From Candidatus Kerfeldbacteria bacterium (GTDB taxonomy: Bacteria; Patescibacteriota; Patescibacteriia; UBA9570; XYC2-FULL-38-9): a DNA stretch of 64,000 bases. Positions 58,431-64,000 of this stretch are shown piece by piece. The stretch spans positions 53 to 64,052 of the forward strand of contig JACPGJ010000007.1 in the NCBI GenBank assembly GCA_016182555.1, read 5' to 3'. Under the pieces are notes generated by a model. That model was not told the DNA's origin and searched no databases. It was given only the letters and a program-made list of their open reading frames with translations. Position 1 is the first letter of the stretch, and every line of letters begins with the position of its first letter. A program made the position numbers and the translations under genes.

Positions 58431-59492
58431 CTAATCAATGACAGTAATATCTTTAATAGGGCTTTGGGTTTTATTGTCGTTTGCTTTTTTCAACACTGCT
58501 CGAAATGAAGCGTCATCACTTCCCATCTTCACCAATGTATCAAAACGTCCATTCTTTTTTGTTTTTAAGATTTTAAATTTTTGAAATTTTCCTTCAGCAT
58601 TCTTTTTCATTAATACAATACGTTTCCCCTTTTTACCGTTGTGTAACCAGCCATATAAACGCACTTTTGTGCCGGCTTCCACCCGCTCCTTGTTTGCACC
58701 CAAACTTAACGGTTGAGCTTCTCCTGCAGCAAAAGTTTTTGTAATCGTGGTGGTATCATCTTCGGCTGTGGTTTGGATTGCGTCTGTATCTGCCACTGTT
58801 TCTTCTGTAAATTGTGTTTGAATTCGGAATAACGCACCGTCACCTGTATCAGTCAATGAAATGCTTCTTTGATCATCATCTTCAAATAACACTAAATCTT
58901 CTTTTGTTGTCCCAAGAAAATCTATAAGAGCATTTGGTACAAAAAAATCAAAAAATCCAGTCGTGCCTTCCGAACCACTTAAACGAAACCCGAATTGCAT
59001 GTTCCCTTCTGAAGGTGGGATCATTTCCCATTGCATCAAATTTGTCGCCATATACATCCCTGCGGCTTCATTCGGTGGACCATCTTGCCCTTCTTCTGCG
59101 GCTTCTGCCATAGCAAGCATAATAATATTTATGCCTTCCGGTACTTGCCCCTCTGGCAACACCGCGCTTAAATCAGCGCTACTAACGTGTGCAGTCAATA
59201 GACTTGTTTCTGCATCATATTCCCATCCGGTCATGGAACCAATGGTCACCATAACAACAGGCACAAATCCGTGCGTGTCATACACCAAATCATATGTCGT
59301 GCCAACCGAATCACTCGTATAATAAGAAAAGATATACGTCGTTGATCCTTGTTCTTGTTCCTGGGGGTCCTCAGTGAGCGTGAGTGTATCTCCTCCGCTA
59401 ACGAGATCTACATTGACCTCGGCAAATGCCGAAGCGGGGAACAGCCAACCTGCAATACACAGGGTGGCAATGAGAGAATAAAATAATTTCAT
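58431..59492 (-). CDS. Hypothetical secreted protein with Lys-rich C-terminal domain
   Basis: Signal peptide MKLFYSLIATLCIAGWLFPASAFA from ATG 59492. The ORF track extends to 59585. Confidence 0.5.
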   Translation of the reverse strand: MKLFYSLIATLCIAGWLFPASAFAEVNVDLVSGGDTLTLTEDPQEQEQGSTTYIFSYYTSDSVGTTYDLVYDTHGFVPVVMVTIGSMTGWEYDAETSLLTAHVSSADLSAVLPEGQVPEGINIIMLAMAEAAEEGQDGPPNEAAGMYMATNLMQWEMIPPSEGNMQFGFRLSGSEGTTGFFDFFVPNALIDFLGTTKEDLVLFEDDDQRSISLTDTGDGALFRIQTQFTEETVADTDAIQTTAEDDTTTITKTFAAGEAQPLSLGANKERVEAGTKVRLYGWLHNGKKGKRIVLMKKNAEGKFQKFKILKTKKNGRFDTLVKMGSDDASFRAVLKKANDNKTQSPIKDITVID

Positions 59493-59527
59493 AGTTAACA
59501 TCTCAAACGAGAGATAAGTTCGCAGAA

Positions 59528-61006
59528 TCAGAGCTCTTGCAACAACTTCAACGCTCGAGCACGTGCGAAGTTTGCTGATTGCCAATGAGCACTCTGTTTT
59601 TCCAACCTCGCTTTCTGGTTCTGAAACAATTCTCGTAAAAATTCTGTATCTTCATCTGCTATTGTCTTATATAACTCAATTTTTTCAGATTCTGCATCGC
59701 TAGAAAGTGCCCCAACATACATCACATCAATTTTGCCTGTGCGGTGATATGCTTTCATATTATATCTCGCTATAAAAACGTCAGGATTCACTATGTTGAC
59801 TAGAATCAAAAAAGCAGCGAGTGAAAGCAGTGTACCAAAAGCGAAAAACTGTTCCGGTTTCGACTGTATGAATTTCACCGCCAGCACAACAAACAACACG
59901 AAGAGCAGCAGAATGAACCCAGCCACATAAAAACGCAATGTGGTCATGCCATACGCATCGATATACAAAGATAACCGTTTGAACGCTGAAACGATAATCA
60001 CAACGACTTCGATAATCAATACAAGTGCAGGTATCAAAAATTGTGTGTGGCGTTTTTGTTCACTACCTATTGATTCAGCCCCAGCATACTTTTCAGAAAC
60101 CAGCAACACAACCAAAGAAAGCAATGCGACCACCAGCAATTCCCAAAAACCCCGTCGCGCATATTCAGCATACGTGAACCCGGCATTCACAATGTTGGCT
60201 TCACCACCGAAGAGGTAGGTGATTTGGAAACCAATGAACACGAGAAACAGCACGGAGATAAGACCTAAAAACACGAGCACCTCTATCCCCTTGCCCGACT
60301 GCACAGCTGCTGCAGTATGAGATTGCTCACGGGACAACCCTGATTGATACTGTTTGGGAAAAAATATATAAGACAAAAAACACAACGCAGCGATAAACGC
60401 CATGAATAATAATACAAGATATTGCACCGACCTCTCCGAAATAGTGATATCGACAAAACGATTGATAAATTGTGAAAACGCCAAGTCTGCTTGTGAAAAC
60501 AGCGCGCCAAAAATAATCAATATCGGTACTGCCATGATCACTCCTTTCACGACACGGAGCCACATATCGCGGTGCTTGCTATTGCTATGAATCTGATTCA
60601 TTTGAGAGACAGTGAACAACACCCTGCCAAGCATTCGGAACGGCACAAAAATCATCAGCACAAGATAATCGCGCAGCTTCATGACGAACGCTGGTGTACC
60701 GGCGAGTCCATGAGCCAACAAGATCAATAAAGCGAATGTTGCACACACATTGAGGAATGTTAAAAATTCATTTGCACGTATGCCCGGCATGAGAGCAAAG
60801 AAGAGAATGAGCGCAAACAACCACCAGCTTTTTTTCAATAGTGCTCGCTGCTGCATACCAAGAAGCACTACCGCAACAAAAAGAGTGAACACAAAAATAG
60901 CAAACGAAATGCCAAGCGTCTTTTGAAAAAACAGGTAGTTAAAAATAAAAGCGAGAGCGAGGCTGGTGAGCATAATGTGTAACGCTTTACGCATGGTGGA
61001 GTTCAT
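59528..61006 (-). CDS. DUF4153/DUF4173-like polytopic membrane protein
   Basis: More than 10 TM helices. Start set to MNSTMRK (61006) to avoid a 50-nt overlap with the HTH gene; the ORF track gives 61084. Confidence 0.55.
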   Translation of the reverse strand: MNSTMRKALHIMLTSLALAFIFNYLFFQKTLGISFAIFVFTLFVAVVLLGMQQRALLKKSWWLFALILFFALMPGIRANEFLTFLNVCATFALLILLAHGLAGTPAFVMKLRDYLVLMIFVPFRMLGRVLFTVSQMNQIHSNSKHRDMWLRVVKGVIMAVPILIIFGALFSQADLAFSQFINRFVDITISERSVQYLVLLFMAFIAALCFLSYIFFPKQYQSGLSREQSHTAAAVQSGKGIEVLVFLGLISVLFLVFIGFQITYLFGGEANIVNAGFTYAEYARRGFWELLVVALLSLVVLLVSEKYAGAESIGSEQKRHTQFLIPALVLIIEVVVIIVSAFKRLSLYIDAYGMTTLRFYVAGFILLLFVLFVVLAVKFIQSKPEQFFAFGTLLSLAAFLILVNIVNPDVFIARYNMKAYHRTGKIDVMYVGALSSDAESEKIELYKTIADEDTEFLRELFQNQKARLEKQSAHWQSANFARARALKLLQEL

Positions 61007-61034
61007 AGTGGTGTCTATGTTAATTGATCGATAT

Positions 61035-61238
61035 CTATTTTTTATATTCCAAAATGTCTCCAGGCTGACAACCAAGTGCCTCACAAATGGCTTCCAATGT
61101 TGAAAATCGAATCGCGCGTGCTTTTCCGTTTTTGAGAATAGAAATATTTGCCATGGTAATTCCCACCTTCTCGGCCAGCTCTGTCACGCTCATTTTCCGC
61201 TTGGCCAGCATCACATCAATGTTGATAACAATTGCCAT
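61035..61238 (-). CDS. XRE/Cro-family HTH transcriptional regulator (67 aa)
   Basis: MSVTELAEKVGITMANISILKNGKARAIRFSTLEAICEAL. Confidence 0.75.
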   Translation of the reverse strand: MAIVINIDVMLAKRKMSVTELAEKVGITMANISILKNGKARAIRFSTLEAICEALGCQPGDILEYKK

Positions 61239-61247
61239 ATCCTTCTT

Positions 61248-61712
61248 TTACACCGTTAAATCATTCTCTGCCTTGATATCTACCGCATACTGTATGAGCC
61301 GTTGTAACACCGCCGCTGCAGTGGCGATAACAAATGAAGCAATAATAATAACCAGCGCGATGACTATTACACCTGGTGCGTCGTCTTTGTCAGCAACATA
61401 AAATATGTACGGCAGACCAACTGAATACAACCCACTGATGATAAGCGCGCAATATTTTATTACCCGCAACCCCTTCACCGATAATTCTGAAAAGACTGTA
61501 TTGTTGTCGATATAACTCAACAACTGTAACGTTTGATAGAGCGCAATAAAAAATGGAATTGCTGGTAGATACATCCCAATAAAAATAGGGCGATAACTTT
61601 CAAAATTTCCCCCAATAATTGCAGGGGGTAAGGCAAAAATGCACAACGCAAGGACGACAAGCCCAAGCAAGACCACGGCTCCACGTAAGATAATTGTTGA
61701 CCCGTGTTTCAT
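61248..61712 (-). CDS. DUF2975-like membrane protein
   Basis: 4 TM helices. The gene order DUF2975-HTH-DUF4153 is a known conserved triad. Confidence 0.55.
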   Translation of the reverse strand: MKHGSTIILRGAVVLLGLVVLALCIFALPPAIIGGNFESYRPIFIGMYLPAIPFFIALYQTLQLLSYIDNNTVFSELSVKGLRVIKYCALIISGLYSVGLPYIFYVADKDDAPGVIVIALVIIIASFVIATAAAVLQRLIQYAVDIKAENDLTV

Positions 61713-61985
61713 AGTAAAAAAGTCTTATCTATTTTTAATAAGCCTACAGTATACTATTATTTATTGTTTGTCAATAAATTATTATTGTTTCTTAATCTAT
61801 CTCCTCCATCTCATAAAATTTCAGATGAATCCTGTGCTAGACAGATATAGTATACATAAAAATTAGACAAATTATTAACTCTACACCTATGGCTGCAACA
61901 TATTACACACATTCCTACCCAGCAGATGCTGCGATAGCGTCAAGCTTTTGTGTGTAAGCGAATGAAGATAATTTCAACTCAACGT

Positions 61986-63221
61986 TTATTGCGCGCGTTG
62001 AGCTATGTTCAGGAACAGAATGGTTCGTTCATGAACCGGTTTTGGAAAGGTGAGTTGAATACTCTCCTGCTTACCGCCATGTACAGAGTTCACCCGCTGG
62101 CCAGAATTGGCAAGAATCAACGCATCGACCGGCAGTGTATATTCATCATCAGGAGTCATCACATACACCTCTTCACCTGCATATAACTCATTGTGTATCG
62201 TAAAGGTGGCGGTGTGTTCATCTATTTTTTTCTCCAGAATACCAACAAAGCGATACGCCGTTTTTTGTTTTCGGTTTTCCAAATTTTGCATCGGTGCGCC
62301 AAGAAAAAACCCCGTATCAAATGGACGAGAAGATGCCGCGAGCAGTCGTTCTCTCAATGCCGCAAGACGCTCTTGAATGTTTGGAGCATTCTGTTCAATC
62401 AAGTTCAGTGCGGCGCGATACGCTTTTACCACAAACGCCACATAAAATGGACTGCGACCACGACCTTCAATTTTGAGCGACACCACACCAGATTCAATAA
62501 TTTTTTGCACATGCTCGATCATGCACATATCGTGTGCATTAAAAATATAGGTTCCAAATTCATCTTCTTCTACACGCATTTTTTCACCCGGCCGTTGTGT
62601 TTCTTCTACTTCAATATATTTCCACCTGCAGGTATTCGAACAAGAACCAATATTTGCTCGACGAGGATAATTCATATACGAAGACAACATGCACCGTCCA
62701 GAATAGGCCATACATTGTGCTCCGTGAATGAAAGTTTCAATTTCAATATCCGGAACCGCTTCATGAATTTCTCGTATTTCTTTTATGCTTAATTCGCGAG
62801 CAAGAATAACCCGTTCGGCTCCGAGTTTTTTCCAAAACTGTACACCCGATGCATTCGTCACATTCGCTTGGGTAGAAATGTGAACAGGAAGTTCTGGTGC
62901 ATGCTCACGTACCAACATGAAAATACCGGGGTCTGAAACAATAAGCGCATCCGGTTGTAATTCGCGCAACTTGATCAATGCTTTTTTGACCGTGTCTAAA
63001 TGATAATTATGCGCAAAAATATTCATGGTCACGTAGACTTTTTTATGACGTGCATGAGCGTAGCGCACCACTTCTTCCAAATCTTCATAGGTGAAATTGC
63101 CTTTATGCTGACGCATGGCAAAAAAATTGGTACCACAATACACAGCATCTGCACCAAAATCAAGGGCATACTGGGCTTTTTGCAAATCCCCTCCTGGCGC
63201 TAATAATTCAATCTTTTTCAT
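61986..63221 (-). CDS. Peptidase U32 family (RlhA/YhbU-like)
   Basis: MKKIELLAPGGDLQKAQYALDFGADAVY ... Cys cluster CSNTC. Confidence 0.85.
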   Translation of the reverse strand: MKKIELLAPGGDLQKAQYALDFGADAVYCGTNFFAMRQHKGNFTYEDLEEVVRYAHARHKKVYVTMNIFAHNYHLDTVKKALIKLRELQPDALIVSDPGIFMLVREHAPELPVHISTQANVTNASGVQFWKKLGAERVILARELSIKEIREIHEAVPDIEIETFIHGAQCMAYSGRCMLSSYMNYPRRANIGSCSNTCRWKYIEVEETQRPGEKMRVEEDEFGTYIFNAHDMCMIEHVQKIIESGVVSLKIEGRGRSPFYVAFVVKAYRAALNLIEQNAPNIQERLAALRERLLAASSRPFDTGFFLGAPMQNLENRKQKTAYRFVGILEKKIDEHTATFTIHNELYAGEEVYVMTPDDEYTLPVDALILANSGQRVNSVHGGKQESIQLTFPKPVHERTILFLNIAQRAQ

Positions 63222-63322
63222 GTTCTGTAGTATGGCACAGCATGAACATAAGGTCTAGGTACCTGAACTCGCTCCACCATGTGCTTGCTTTTTTAGTCAT
63301 AGCTATGTACAGTCTATACACT

Positions 63323-63667
63323 ATGAAAAATTTCAATCGAGCGAGTAGCGGAAGCGGTAACACAAAAAAAAATTTCAACCGATTTGCAAAGAAAGATAGC
63401 AGAAAACAGCCGTTTGACCACCAGCTGTATGAAGCCACCTGCGAATCCTGTGGAAAAACCTGCGGCGTACCATTTAAACCAAACGGGAAAAAACCAGTGT
63501 ATTGTAGCCTCTGTTTTAAGAAAGGAAAGCGGGAAGAGCTCCAGAGTGCCTATGGGAAAAATACTTTTCAAAAACCATCGTTATCAACATCGGATTCTTA
63601 TAAAACCGCATTTGATGAATTGAACAGAAAGTTGGATAAAATACTGAAGATGTTAGCAGAAAAATAG
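63323..63667 (+). CDS. Small basic zinc-ribbon protein (CxxC-x17-CxxC)
   Basis: ATCESCGKTCGVPFKPNGKKPVYCSLCFKK. Start re-set to ATG 63323. Confidence 0.5.
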   Translation: MKNFNRASSGSGNTKKNFNRFAKKDSRKQPFDHQLYEATCESCGKTCGVPFKPNGKKPVYCSLCFKKGKREELQSAYGKNTFQKPSLSTSDSYKTAFDELNRKLDKILKMLAEK

Positions 63668-64000
63668 ACGAATAACACATTCGCGTCATGAAATATTGTT
63701 TCTATAGCTAACGCAAGTCGCCCAACACACAACAACAACGGCTGATGTGGTAGGTAATATTTTTTATACAAATATTCTCCGTGGATATTTGGGTTGAAAC
63801 GCTGAATATCAATTCCGCACGAAACGGTTTGAACAGGTTTCGTGAAACCAATGCGATGTGACCAGACATAGTATTTATAGTAGCATATTTTACTACATCG
63901 TGTTACAAGGCTTCAGTCACTTTGCCAATGATGAAGAGGAAGATATACTACAAGTATAATTCGTTAAACATATTGTATGAAATATCACCAACTGACGAAA

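Noticed and set aside
1-64000. CRISPR arrays, rRNA genes, IS elements
   Set aside because: No regularly spaced identical direct repeats, no rRNA-like conserved stretches, no transposase-like ORFs seen.

Overview
This ~64 kb window is from a low-GC bacterial chromosome. I infer a streamlined CPR/Patescibacteria-like bacterium from a fused ADP-forming acetyl-CoA synthetase, a hexokinase-family sugar kinase, a type-2 IleS, many 4-nt ATGA gene overlaps and weak Shine-Dalgarno sites. The core is a long minus-strand run of housekeeping genes (ACD-gpmI-pfkB-prs-nudix-recJ-rnhA, then eno, pgk, ndh), followed later by recO, ileS, pgeF, a GT4 glycosyltransferase and argS, smpB with an adjacent tmRNA, an infC-rpmI-rplT operon whose infC appears to start at AUU, and a tRNA-Asp(GTC). 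The accessory content is as follows. (1) About 4.8 kb lies directly 3' of tRNA-Asp, bounded by an imperfect direct repeat of the tRNA 3' end. This looks like a remnant integrative island with no integrase. It holds two GC-rich uncharacterised genes, two TrmB-like regulators and two small membrane proteins, with a Fic toxin module at its edge. (2) There are GC-rich (~55-60% by eye) probably horizontally acquired genes in an otherwise ~40-45% GC background: an M23 peptidase lipoprotein, a GH13 alpha-amylase and a small gene at 46019-46330. (3) An AT-rich block (19870-26450) encodes a 7TM-GAF histidine kinase, a kinase-less 7TM-GAF paralog, a HisC/CobD-like aminotransferase and a Zn-ribbon protein. 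(4) A toxin-antitoxin/ATPase cluster (37213-40666) is present. (5) Phased TATACT box arrays flank an AAA ATPase gene. (6) A three-gene operon of small unknown proteins is present. No CRISPR array, rRNA or transposase was seen. Coordinates for starts are my best reading; several ORF-track starts use TTG/GTG and were re-set to plausible internal ATGs.
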